Assembly: GCA_027483845.1 (NCBI GenBank)
Contig: JAIXTR010000608.1
Location: 1-53,400 of the forward strand
Reading direction: 5' to 3'
Length of the DNA stretch: 53,400 bases
Origin: Caulobacteraceae bacterium
Lineage (GTDB): Bacteria; Pseudomonadota; Alphaproteobacteria; Caulobacterales; Caulobacteraceae
The number at the start of each line of letters is the position of its first letter. Position 1 is the stretch's first letter. Shown here piece after piece: positions 19,283-27,475 of this stretch. The position numbers and the translations under genes were made by a program. Below the pieces are notes generated by a model. The model worked only from the letters and a program-made list of their open reading frames with translations, had not been told where the DNA came from and made no database searches.

Positions 19283-19500
19283 GCCTCGCCGCGCTCACGC
19301 TCGGCCTCGTCAGCGCCGACGCGGAGTGTTTACACGTCCTCGACTCTGAGCTGACGTCCGACCTGGGCGGTGGCTGAATATCCGTGATGTGTGGATTGCA
19401 GGCGTTGCGCCGTCCCATGACCCAATTGCCGATGTAACTGGTCTGATTTCAGCCAGGTTCGGCACGTAAACACATTGTGGCAGGACCATCTAAGGTGCCG

Positions 19501-19513
19501 TAAATTATTGAAA
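19501..19513. promoter_or_regulatory. IHF-like binding site adjoining the att core
   Basis: TAAATTATTGAAA matches YAANNNNTTGATW with one mismatch, 9 bp before the tRNA fragment. Confidence 0.45.
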
Positions 19514-19522
19514 ATAGAGAGT

Positions 19523-19567
19523 TTGTGGATCTAGAGGTCCTCGGTTCGAACCCGAGAGGTGGTACCA
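19523..19567 (+). repeat. att site: displaced 3' half of tRNA-His(GTG)
   Basis: Anticodon loop TTGTGGA, stem arm TCTAG, T-arm CTCGG-TTCGAAC-CCGAG, acceptor strand AGGTGGT-A-CCA. No 5' half or D-arm upstream. Confidence 0.88.
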
Positions 19568-19573
19568 TCGCTT

Positions 19574-19600
19574 CCCGTTGAAATGGCGGGCGTTTCTTTT
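19574..19600 (+). terminator. Putative intrinsic terminator of the original tRNA-His locus
   Basis: CCCGTT-GAAAT-GGCGGG stem with two G-U pairs, followed by CGTTTCTTTT. Confidence 0.5.
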
Positions 19601-19696
19601 CGATCGGTGCGTGCCGCACGGTCTGATTGGACACTTTTAGACGTTTCGAGAGACGGCTGGGCCGCTGAGCTAACTCGCCCGAGCAGCGTCAGCATA

Positions 19697-19721
19697 GGAA
19701 CCCCGGCGGTGGCCCCGCGCT
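19697..19721 (+). promoter_or_regulatory. EcfG/sigmaT-like promoter
   Basis: GGAAC-N16-CGCT upstream of the SDR; consensus is GGAAC-N16/17-CGTT. Confidence 0.5.
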
Positions 19722-19746
19722 CATGATGCGCAGGAGGCAGACCACT

Positions 19747-20736
19747 ATGAGCACGTCGCAGGATCAGTTCGAACACGATGCCAAGCGGGTCGCTGCCGAA
19801 GGGCGAGCGATCCAGGATGAGGTGGAGACGCGCGAGGCACGGTCGTTCCAGTCGGGAGACGACGCGCCGCCGCCGCAGACGGGGGCGCGCCGCTATCCCG
19901 TCCCGCCCTTCGACCAGGCGCCGCTGGCGAAGCCGGGCGTTGAGGCTGAGCTGGACCTGCAGCCGATGTGGAACGCCCCGTTCTACAAGGGCTCGGGCAA
20001 GCTGGAGGGCAAGGTGGCCTTGGTGACCGGCGCGGACTCGGGGATTGGGCGCTCGGTGGCGGTGCTGTTCGCCCGCGAAGGGGCCGATGTGGCGATCGCC
20101 TATCTGGAGGAGGGAGAGGACGCCCAAGCGACCCGTGCGGCTGTGGAGGCAGAGGGGCGACGCGCGATCCTCATTCCGGGCGACATCGCCGATCCCGCCT
20201 ACGCGAAGGCCGCCGTGGCGCAAACGGTCAAGGAACTTGGCGGGCTGGACGTGCTGGTGAACAACGCCGCCTTCCAGGAACATGCTGAAGCCATTGAGGA
20301 CCTGACCGAGGAGCACCTCGATCGGACGCTGAAGACCAATCTCTACGGACTCTTTCATATGTCCAAGGCAGCGATCCCGCACATGAAGCCCGGGTCGGCG
20401 ATCATCAACACGGGCTCGGTGACCGGGTTGGATGGCGCCAAGGCGCTATTGGATTATTCACTAACCAAGGGCGGGATCCACGCCTTCACGCGATCGCTGG
20501 CGAGCTCGGTGCTGAAGAGGGGTATTCGGGTGAACGCGGTGGCGCCGGGGCCGGTCTGGACCCCGTTAAACCCGGCCGACAAGCGCGGCAAGGCGCTGGC
20601 GGAGTTCGGAGCCGACACTCCGATGGGACGGCCCGCGCAGCCGGAGGAGATCGCGCCAGCTTTCGTGTTTCTCGCCTCGCCACAGACATCCAGCTACATA
20701 ACGGGCGAGATCCTGCCGATCATCGGGGGCTACTGA
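19747..20736 (+). CDS. General-stress SDR oxidoreductase (YghA/YdaD-like)
   Basis: YKGSGKLEGKVALVTGADSGIG, NNAAFQ, YSLTK, VAPGPVWTPL, GRPAQPEE; GGAGG RBS. Confidence 0.92.
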   Translation: MSTSQDQFEHDAKRVAAEGRAIQDEVETREARSFQSGDDAPPPQTGARRYPVPPFDQAPLAKPGVEAELDLQPMWNAPFYKGSGKLEGKVALVTGADSGIGRSVAVLFAREGADVAIAYLEEGEDAQATRAAVEAEGRRAILIPGDIADPAYAKAAVAQTVKELGGLDVLVNNAAFQEHAEAIEDLTEEHLDRTLKTNLYGLFHMSKAAIPHMKPGSAIINTGSVTGLDGAKALLDYSLTKGGIHAFTRSLASSVLKRGIRVNAVAPGPVWTPLNPADKRGKALAEFGADTPMGRPAQPEEIAPAFVFLASPQTSSYITGEILPIIGGY

Positions 20737-20905
20737 GGGGCGGTGGCGCCGTAGGTTGCTGAGGCCAAGCCTGGCGGCCGGTCAAACTGCTTGTCTTTTG
20801 ATCCGCTCCGGACCCGCTGCCCTCCCCACCGGTTCTGTCTCCATGCCAAGCTGGCCCCGATCCGCAGACCCATCGACTCGAGACCCCTCGCGGCCTACGT
20901 CGGCC

Positions 20906-21526
20906 ATGGCGGACCGTGATGCCGACGCTGCGCGGATCCGGGCCTGCGCCCCGGGCGGCGTCGCTCTTCTGATCATCGACATGATCAACGGTCTCGACTT
21001 CGACGGCGGCGACGTCCTGCAGCCGAAGGCCGAGGCCGCGGCGGACGTCGTGCTCGGCCTTCGGCGAGACGCCGACCGGCTGGGGGTGCCGACGGTGTAT
21101 GTGAACGACAACTTCGGCGCGTGGCACTCGGAGCGCTCTAGGATCGTCGCCGCCTGCGGATCGGCCGAAAAGCCCGGGCGGGAGCTGGTGGCGAAAATGG
21201 CGCCGCGCGACGGCGACTACTTTGTCATCAAGCCGCAGTTCTCGGGATTCTACGCGACCAACCTTCCCGTGCTGCTCCCCAAGCTTGGCGCGACTCGGCT
21301 GGTGTTGACCGGCCTTGCGGCCGACATCTGCGTGCTTTTCACGGCTGCAGACGCGCACATGCGCGCCTATGAGCTCTGGACTCCCCGCGACGCCGTGGCG
21401 AGCGAAGACGACAGGCGCGCGGACTGGGCCCTGTCGATCATGGCGCAGAGCCTGGGCGCAGACTGCCGCGGGACTACCGAGGTCACCCTGGCCGATTGGG
21501 TCGGCACGGGAGACCGGGCGCCCTAG
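20906..21526 (+). CDS. Isochorismatase-family cysteine hydrolase
   Basis: ALLIIDMIN, YVNDNFG, KPQFSGFYAT, LTGLAADICVLFTA (Asp-Lys-Cys triad). Start uncertain. Confidence 0.9.
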   Translation: MADRDADAARIRACAPGGVALLIIDMINGLDFDGGDVLQPKAEAAADVVLGLRRDADRLGVPTVYVNDNFGAWHSERSRIVAACGSAEKPGRELVAKMAPRDGDYFVIKPQFSGFYATNLPVLLPKLGATRLVLTGLAADICVLFTAADAHMRAYELWTPRDAVASEDDRRADWALSIMAQSLGADCRGTTEVTLADWVGTGDRAP

Positions 21527-21611
21527 GGCCGGGGCCTGCCGACGACGACGCCGCCTGGGAGTCTGAGTCAGGTTCCAGCGCCGGGTTTAGGACTGCCGTT
21601 TGTTGTGTTTT

Positions 21612-21636
21612 GCAACGCTTATCCACGGTTCCAGTT
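21612..21636 (+). promoter_or_regulatory. EcfG/sigmaT-like promoter
   Basis: GCAAC-N17-GTT ending 28 bp upstream of the hemerythrin ATG. Confidence 0.5.
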
Positions 21637-21664
21637 GCGTCCACGCCATCAACGGAGATCTTCA

Positions 21665-22270
21665 ATGTCAATCATCGACAAGGCGATCGCCGCTATCACA
21701 CCGCCGGAAAGCGACGAGGCGCGCGCCGAGGCGACGCGCAAGGCGCGGGCCGCAACGCAGGGCCGGGACTGGTTGGCTCTGGCGCTCGACCACCATGATC
21801 AGATCCGCATTGAGTTCGAGGCCTGTCGTGCGGCGACGGCCGCCCAGGATCGCCTCGCGGCGATGAAGCGCCTGGCGCTTGTCCTCAACGGCCACGCGCT
21901 GGCGGAAGAGGTGGTGCTGTATCCGGCCCTGGCGAAGTCCGGCGAAAAGGGCCATGCGGGTCTAGCCTATACCGAACAGACCACGGCCAAGATGCAAATG
22001 GCGGAGCTGGAGCGGATCGATCCGGCGAGCGATAGCTGGGTCGACAAACTCGAGCACATCCGCGGCGCCGTGATTCATCACATCTTCGAGGAGGAGGGCG
22101 CTTGGTTCCTGGAGCTGAAGCGCGACTATGACGATCAGGCGTTTCTAACCCGCAGGTTCCGCGAGGAATATGAGCGCTACGCCGGCGACGCGCGGGCAGG
22201 GTCGGGTGACGTGAGGTCCTTCGCGCCGACGTCTGAGGTTGACCCGTCAGAGGCGCGTCCGGCGTCCTGA
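21665..22270 (+). CDS. Hemerythrin/HHE domain protein
   Basis: DHH..I, HALAEEVVLYPAL, HHIFEEE motifs; GGAG RBS. Confidence 0.85.
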   Translation: MSIIDKAIAAITPPESDEARAEATRKARAATQGRDWLALALDHHDQIRIEFEACRAATAAQDRLAAMKRLALVLNGHALAEEVVLYPALAKSGEKGHAGLAYTEQTTAKMQMAELERIDPASDSWVDKLEHIRGAVIHHIFEEEGAWFLELKRDYDDQAFLTRRFREEYERYAGDARAGSGDVRSFAPTSEVDPSEARPAS

Positions 22271-22308
22271 TGACACCGCAGCAAAGGCGAGGATCCTTGG
22301 AGCATCCC

Positions 22309-22506
22309 ATGGCCTACCGGTTTCTCATGGCGCTAGCGGCCGCGGCCGTCCTGGTGGGCTGCCAGGCCGGCAGTGGTGACGGCAAGGCCTCGGAACGCGC
22401 CGAGCAGGCGTCGGGCTCTACGGCCACGCCGGCGCCGGCGCCATCAGCGAAACCGTCGCCGCCGCCCGTGTCGCCTGCGCAATCCACCCCATCCCAGGCG
22501 AAATAG
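22309..22506 (+). CDS. Small Pro/Ser/Ala-rich lipoprotein
   Basis: MAYRFLMALAAAAVLVGC lipobox followed by a low-complexity tail. Confidence 0.65.
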   Translation: MAYRFLMALAAAAVLVGCQAGSGDGKASERAEQASGSTATPAPAPSAKPSPPPVSPAQSTPSQAK

Positions 22507-22544
22507 CACCAAGTCGCCCGATCTCTTGAACAGGAGCGCTTCTA

Positions 22545-22730
22545 ATGCCCGCGAAGTCCGCCGCTCAGCAGAAGGCCGCCGGGGCCGCGCTTGCCGCTAA
22601 GCGCGGTGACGCCCCTAAGAGCAAGCTCAAAGGCGCATCCAAGCAGATGGAAAGCTCCATGACGGAGAAACAACTCGAGGACTTCGCGCACACCACGCGC
22701 AAGGGTAAGCCCGACCACGTCAAGCGGTAG
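22545..22730 (+). CDS. DUF3008-family stress protein
   Basis: MPAKSAAQQKAAGAALAAKRG..LKGASKQM..SMTEKQLEDFA; AGGAG RBS. Confidence 0.88.
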   Translation: MPAKSAAQQKAAGAALAAKRGDAPKSKLKGASKQMESSMTEKQLEDFAHTTRKGKPDHVKR

Positions 22731-22960
22731 TGCTCGGGCGCGGGGTGCGGCGGCTCAATCGGGGGGCGCAGGCGCCGGCGATATGTGCAGGCGCGCGAGG
22801 TCCTCAGGACCCAACGCCTTTGGATCTCGGACCAGACCAGACCGCGGGCGCGACGGCGCTGTAGCGGCGACCCATGCGCTCGAATGAGGTCCAGCGGAAG
22901 CCCGACCTCGGTCCCCGATGTGCCCTCGAGCTTGGCCAGGGGTTTCCTTTGCGGCGTCGT

Positions 22961-22985
22961 GGAACCCGCCGCGAAATACGACGCT
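22961..22985 (+). promoter_or_regulatory. EcfG/sigmaT-like promoter
   Basis: GGAAC-N16-CGCT upstream of the 59-aa ORF. Confidence 0.5.
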
Positions 22986-23011
22986 ATCGCGTGACATTTA
23001 GGGAAACCGTC

Positions 23012-23191
23012 ATGAGCAAGCGCGAGCTGATCGATACGGGCGACAATAAGCGTTACGTCCGCCGCGATAAGAACGGCCAATTCACCAGCGACCAGACCGC
23101 CGTCGGAAAGTCGTCAGCGGCCGACCAACGGCAGCATGCAAAAACCACCGCAAGCAAAGGCCAAGGCGATCGGGGCGATCGAAAGTCCTGA
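23012..23191 (+). CDS. Small hydrophilic putative stress protein (59 aa)
   Basis: MSKRELIDTGDNKRYVRRDKNGQF..VGKSSAADQRQHAK..GQGDRGD; hydrophilin-like composition. Confidence 0.75.
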   Translation: MSKRELIDTGDNKRYVRRDKNGQFTSDQTAVGKSSAADQRQHAKTTASKGQGDRGDRKS

Positions 23192-23325
23192 ACGGGGGGG
23201 CGGTTCCGGCCTGATCGGCGCATCGTGATCACGGCCGACGACGGGAAGGGGGCGTCCCGTTGACCATCGGCGCGGTCGGCGCCGCCCATGACCGCACGCT
23301 CGGGAACCCCGGTTTGACTGGTCCC

Positions 23326-23350
23326 GGAACGTCTTCGCGAGCCGGCTGTT
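23326..23350 (+). promoter_or_regulatory. EcfG/sigmaT-like promoter
   Basis: GGAAC-N17-GTT ending 31 bp upstream of the SDR ATG. Confidence 0.65.
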
Positions 23351-23381
23351 GACGGCGCCATAGCTGAAAAGGACTGGGTTC

Positions 23382-24194
23382 ATGTCTGAAGCGCTTCGTC
23401 CACTCTCGATCGTCACCGGCGCCTCCAGCGGCATCGGCTACGAACTGGCCAAACTCTGCGCCGGGGATGGCTTTGATCTGATAATCGCCGCTGACCGACC
23501 CGAACTGATGGAAGCGGCCCAGGCGCTTCGCGCGCTGGGTGTCAACGTCGAACCGCTGCTGGTGGATCTCTCGACTGTGCAAGGCGTCGATCGCCTGATG
23601 GAAATGGTGGCCGGGCGTCCGGTGGATCATCTGATGGCCAATGCGGGTCACGGCCTGGGACACGCGTTTCTGGATCAGACAATTCAGGATTGGCGCCATG
23701 TGATCGACACCAATGTCACCGGCACGCTGTACCTGGTGCAACGCGTGGCCGCCGGCATGGTCGAGCGCGGCCAGGGCAAGATCCTGTTCACAGGGTCGAT
23801 TGCGGGGCTGATGCCCGGTTCGTTCCAAGCCGTCTACAATGGCACCAAGGCCTTCATCGACAGCTTCGCGTGGGCGCTCCGCAATGAGCTGAAGGATACT
23901 GGCGTCAGCGTCACCAACCTGCTGCCCGGCGCCACGGACACGGCGTTCTTCGAGCGCGCGGGCATGGAAGACACCAAGGTGGCGCAGGGCAAGAAGGACG
24001 ATCCCGCCGACGTGGCAAAGACCGGATACCAGGCGATGGTCCGCGGCGAGGGCGACGTCGTTCACGGTCTGCGGAACAAGCTACAGGCGGCGATTGGCGC
24101 CGTGACCCCCGAGAGCGTCAAGGCCGAGCAGCATCGAAAGATGGCCGAGCCCGGCTCGGGCGACGGGCAAATCTACCAGAAGCCCCTCGGCTGA
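23382..24194 (+). CDS. SDR-family oxidoreductase
   Basis: TGASSGIG, ANAG, YNGTK, PGATDT. Confidence 0.92.
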   Translation: MSEALRPLSIVTGASSGIGYELAKLCAGDGFDLIIAADRPELMEAAQALRALGVNVEPLLVDLSTVQGVDRLMEMVAGRPVDHLMANAGHGLGHAFLDQTIQDWRHVIDTNVTGTLYLVQRVAAGMVERGQGKILFTGSIAGLMPGSFQAVYNGTKAFIDSFAWALRNELKDTGVSVTNLLPGATDTAFFERAGMEDTKVAQGKKDDPADVAKTGYQAMVRGEGDVVHGLRNKLQAAIGAVTPESVKAEQHRKMAEPGSGDGQIYQKPLG

Positions 24195-24662
24195 TCTGAG
24201 ACCGTGCGCCCGGGATGGACAGGGTGGCTCCGCAAGTGCGCGTCGAGACATCCAGCTGGTTTTACGATGGACGGCGGGGCGGATCTATCCTGCGGATGTG
24301 CCACAGCGTCTCTGGTTCAGACCTATGCCGTCCGGTTTGAAACGGCCGGAATCTGGGCGAGCGCTGGTCATCAGCCTACGCCTATTTCGCTAACGACACC
24401 GGCTGCGCCGTGTCGAGCCACGCGTTGCGCTGGCGCCCAGTTGGGCGAGGCCTGACTGAGCCTACGGATCGCCAACGCTGGAAAGGACAGCCCGTCTCGG
24501 CCGGAACGCAGCCATGAGGAGCCCATCGCGGTCCGGCGCGACAGCGGCAGCCGTGTGCGCGTCTGCGCTATCGAGCCGGCGACGACTTGCTCATTCGCGC
24601 GTTGCAGGTTGTGTCGGGCGACCACCGCGCGCCGATGCGGCTTTCGGGCCAGAAAGGTCAAC

Positions 24663-25400
24663 ATGGTTCAAGAACGCGGTGTCGACGACTGGATCCGCAC
24701 GATCCGCCACCGGGACAGCACCCTTAGTCCTGAAGAGGAGGCCGACCTTCGTGGCGCACTGAGCGTGGTCGTCGAGGAGCCGGCCGACCGCGATGTCGTG
24801 CGCGAACACGACCGTCAGACCCGCTCGCATCTGCTGCTGGAGGGGTGGGCAGGGCGCTACATCACCTTGTCCGACGGCCGACGCCAGATCGTGGCGATCC
24901 ACGTTCCCGGCGACTTCGTGGATCTGCACAGCTTTCCGCTTCAGATCATGGACCATTCGGTGGTCACCTTCACGCCATGTCGCATCGCCCATGCGCCGCA
25001 TGAGCGGCTGCGCGAAGTCACCGTGCGCCATCCTCACGTTGCCCGGCTGATGTGGCTCAGCACGCTCATCGACGCGGCCGTCCTTCGGCAATGGCTGGTG
25101 GGCAGCGGCAAGCGCTCGGCGCTGGAACAGACGGCGCACCTGTTCTGCGAGCTCTTCGTCCGGCTCGAGCTGACCGGACGAACGGATGGCCGCACCTTCA
25201 TCTTTCCCCTGTCGCAGGCCGAGCTCGCGGACTGCCTGGGGGTGTCTGCGGTGCACGCCAACCGCGTGCTGCAGGATCTTCGCGGGACCCGGATGCTTGC
25301 GTGGCGGGGACGCCGTGTCGAAATCCGCGAGTGGGACGCCTTGGCCGCGCTCGCCGGGTTTGACCCCGTCTACCTCAACCTCGCCGACCTGCCGCGCTAG
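24663..25400 (+). CDS. Crp/Fnr-family transcriptional regulator
   Basis: DGRRQIVAIHVPGDFVDL, AHLFCEL, PLSQAELADCLGVSAVHANRVLQDL HTH. Confidence 0.92.
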   Translation: MVQERGVDDWIRTIRHRDSTLSPEEEADLRGALSVVVEEPADRDVVREHDRQTRSHLLLEGWAGRYITLSDGRRQIVAIHVPGDFVDLHSFPLQIMDHSVVTFTPCRIAHAPHERLREVTVRHPHVARLMWLSTLIDAAVLRQWLVGSGKRSALEQTAHLFCELFVRLELTGRTDGRTFIFPLSQAELADCLGVSAVHANRVLQDLRGTRMLAWRGRRVEIREWDALAALAGFDPVYLNLADLPR

Positions 25401-25405
25401 GCGCA

Positions 25406-25430
25406 GGAACTCTAACATTTGTGGAGGATT
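25406..25430 (+). promoter_or_regulatory. Weak EcfG/sigmaT-like promoter
   Basis: GGAAC-N16-GATT upstream of the second Crp/Fnr gene. Confidence 0.4.
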
Positions 25431-25475
25431 GCGGCGTCGACGGACGGTTAACGTCCGGTTCGACGGGAGATCGAT

Positions 25476-26258
25476 GTGATCAGCATTCTTAAGCACGGCG
25501 TGATGGCCGCTGAGCTGCTCGGACGCAAGTTCGCCGCGACACGGACCCGCGTGGATCCGACCTGCCTGCAAGACCTCGGACTCGACTCGCCGCGGTCCAC
25601 CTTCGAGCCCGGCGTCGAAATCCGCGAAGCCGAAGGGCGCGCGAGGTCGCTGCAGCTGCTCACGGAAGGCGTCGCCGCCGAGGTTCGCTGCCTTGTCGAC
25701 GGGCGCCGACAGATCTTGTTTTTGCGCTTTCCGGGCGATGTCCTCGCGCCGTGTGACAGTGAAACCTTGATCGCCCTGACCCGCGTGCGGACGTCCGACG
25801 GTGCGCGGTTGCTTGCGCGCCTGAGCGACGCTTCGCCGGCCTACCAGCCCCTTCGTCGTGCGTGGGTCGCGGCCGGCCGCGTCGATCAAGCGCTCCTGCG
25901 CGATCAGGTGGTGCGGTTGGGACGTATGTCGGCGGTTGAACGGGTGGCGCACATGTTGCTTGAAGTCCATGAGCGGCTGGGACAGGTCGGTCTCGTCACA
26001 GAGACGACGTTCCACCTGCCATTGACCCAAGAGATGGTCAGCGACGTTGCCGGGTTAAGTGTCGTCCATCTGAACCGGACGCTGCAGAACCTGCGCCGGG
26101 ACGGGCTGGTGGGGCTGCGCCAGGGCTATGTCACGCTCAGGGACCGGGCTCGGCTGGTGCAGCTGGCGTCCTACGCCAGCGTCTATCCCGCCGCCTGGAA
26201 CCCTTCCCAGAGGCTGACCCGGCCGGCGCCCTCGCCCTACCTGGTCATGGCGTCCTAA
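25476..26258 (+). CDS. Crp/Fnr-family transcriptional regulator
   Basis: DGRRQILFLRFPGD, LGRMSAVERVAHMLLE, PLTQEMVSDVAGLSVVHLNRTLQNL. Confidence 0.9.
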   Translation: MISILKHGVMAAELLGRKFAATRTRVDPTCLQDLGLDSPRSTFEPGVEIREAEGRARSLQLLTEGVAAEVRCLVDGRRQILFLRFPGDVLAPCDSETLIALTRVRTSDGARLLARLSDASPAYQPLRRAWVAAGRVDQALLRDQVVRLGRMSAVERVAHMLLEVHERLGQVGLVTETTFHLPLTQEMVSDVAGLSVVHLNRTLQNLRRDGLVGLRQGYVTLRDRARLVQLASYASVYPAAWNPSQRLTRPAPSPYLVMAS

Positions 26259-26491
26259 TCGGCCTGCGATGGGCCGGTCGAACGACTTGCAGCCGGGCGG
26301 TCTCGCCAGGAGCGGGTCGTCTGACACGAGCTGTAGATCGATCGCGTCAAGGCAAGGTTGGGGATGGTCCCTGGCCGAACCTATACTGAAGCTATATCGA
26401 TGAAGCGTAGTGACAATTGTTAGATCCGGGCACAATACGTGTCAGAGGTGAGTTTCTGACGTAGCCCCTTCCGGGTTCCGGAGCTCATTTC

Positions 26492-27439
26492 ATGTTTATG
26501 CATAACAAGCGTCTGCAATATACTGTGCGCGTTTCCGAACCAAATCCTGCGCTGGCGTCGCTTCTTCTCGAACAGTTCGGTGGACCCGACGGCGAACTCG
26601 CCGCCGCGATGCGCTACTTCACCCAGGGCCTCGGCGAGGTCGACCCTGGCCGGAAGGACCTGCTGCTCGATATCGCCACCGAGGAGCTCAGCCACCTTGA
26701 GGTTATCGGCTCGATCGTCGCGATGCTGAACAAGGGCGTGAAGGCGCAGCTGTCGGAAGCCGCGATGGAAGAGGCGGAATTGTATCTGGCCATTAACGCC
26801 GGTGGCGACAGCCACACCCAGTCGCTGCTCTACGGCGGCGGGCCGGCCCTCACCAATTCGTCCGGCGTGCCGTGGACCGCGGCCTACGTGGACAGTCGGG
26901 GTGACCCGACCTGCGACCTCCGCTCCAACATCGCCGCCGAGAGCCGCGCCAAGATCGTCTACGAGCGGCTGATCAACATCACCGACGACCCGGGCATCAA
27001 GGACGCTCTCGGCTTTCTGATGACCCGGGAGATCGCCCATCAGAAGTCGTTCGAGAAGGCTCTCTATTCCATCGAGGACAATTTCCCGCCGGGCAAGCTC
27101 CCGGGCATCGCCCGCTACGCCAACATGTACGTGAACACCTCGCAGGGGGACGGTGACATGGAGGGGCCTTGGAACAGCGGGCCGCAGTGGGAGCGGGTGG
27201 ACGACCTCAACGACGTCCTCCCGGCTGACGAGGGTGACGGTGTCGCCGCCGTGAAGCTTAGCAAGGCCGACGAGAGTCTGGTGGCCAAGCTGGCCGCCCG
27301 CACTCTGTCGGATCCAGACCTCGATCCCGACACGGGTGTGGACCTGGGCGCCGGACCGGGCGCGGGAAAGATCACCGACGAGGACAAGGGCGGCGCTGAG
27401 GACATCGAAGACGCCGCCGCTCAAGCCAAGGCGCGGTAA
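26492..27439 (+). CDS. Manganese catalase family protein (KatN/YdbD-like)
   Basis: EQFGGPDGELAAAMRY, DIATEELSHLE, NIAAESRAK, REIAHQ metal ligands; acidic C-terminal extension. Confidence 0.95.
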   Translation: MFMHNKRLQYTVRVSEPNPALASLLLEQFGGPDGELAAAMRYFTQGLGEVDPGRKDLLLDIATEELSHLEVIGSIVAMLNKGVKAQLSEAAMEEAELYLAINAGGDSHTQSLLYGGGPALTNSSGVPWTAAYVDSRGDPTCDLRSNIAAESRAKIVYERLINITDDPGIKDALGFLMTREIAHQKSFEKALYSIEDNFPPGKLPGIARYANMYVNTSQGDGDMEGPWNSGPQWERVDDLNDVLPADEGDGVAAVKLSKADESLVAKLAARTLSDPDLDPDTGVDLGAGPGAGKITDEDKGGAEDIEDAAAQAKAR

Positions 27440-27444
27440 GGGGC

Positions 27445-27475
27445 GCGGCGGGCCCCGCCCCGCGGGGCCCGCTGC
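27445..27475 (+). terminator. GC-rich hairpin just after the catalase stop
   Basis: GCGGCGGGCCCCGC-CCC-GCGGGGCCCGCTGC, 14-bp stem with one G-U pair; no U-tract. Confidence 0.55.

Larger units (their letters stand above)
17522..19341 (+). mobile_element. IS1182-family insertion sequence (1820 bp) with a passenger ORF
   Basis: Imperfect terminal IRs GAGGCTGTGTAAAAAC (17522-37) and GTGTTTACACGTCCTC (19326-41), 13/16 match; 4-bp direct repeat GACT at 17518-21 and 19342-45. Confidence 0.88.
1..19567. mobile_element. Right arm of a Tn4371-like P-type (trb) integrative conjugative element integrated at tRNA-His; integrase, relaxase and left junction lie outside the window
   Basis: traG-copG-trbBCDEJLFGI-traF-slt gene order, AlpA/Xis-like genes and cargo, ending at a tRNA-His 3' fragment at 19523-19567. 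Confidence 0.8.

Noticed and set aside
16271-19403. CRISPR array or integron attC sites
   Set aside because: Repeats are degenerate and irregularly spaced, with no cas or intI gene and no clear RYYYAAC/GTTRRRY boxes.
19490-19567. Complete tRNA-His gene
   Set aside because: The upstream sequence is AT-rich and cannot form the D-arm or the 5' acceptor and anticodon strands.
19440-19628. 9-bp direct repeat GGTCTGATT on both sides of att, suggesting a second tandem island
   Set aside because: Too short to separate from chance, and no integrase lies to the right.
24591-26030. Long antisense ORFs such as this 479-aa one (also 5889-7499, 29915-31033, 41272-42231)
   Set aside because: They are high-GC shadow frames opposite well-supported genes.
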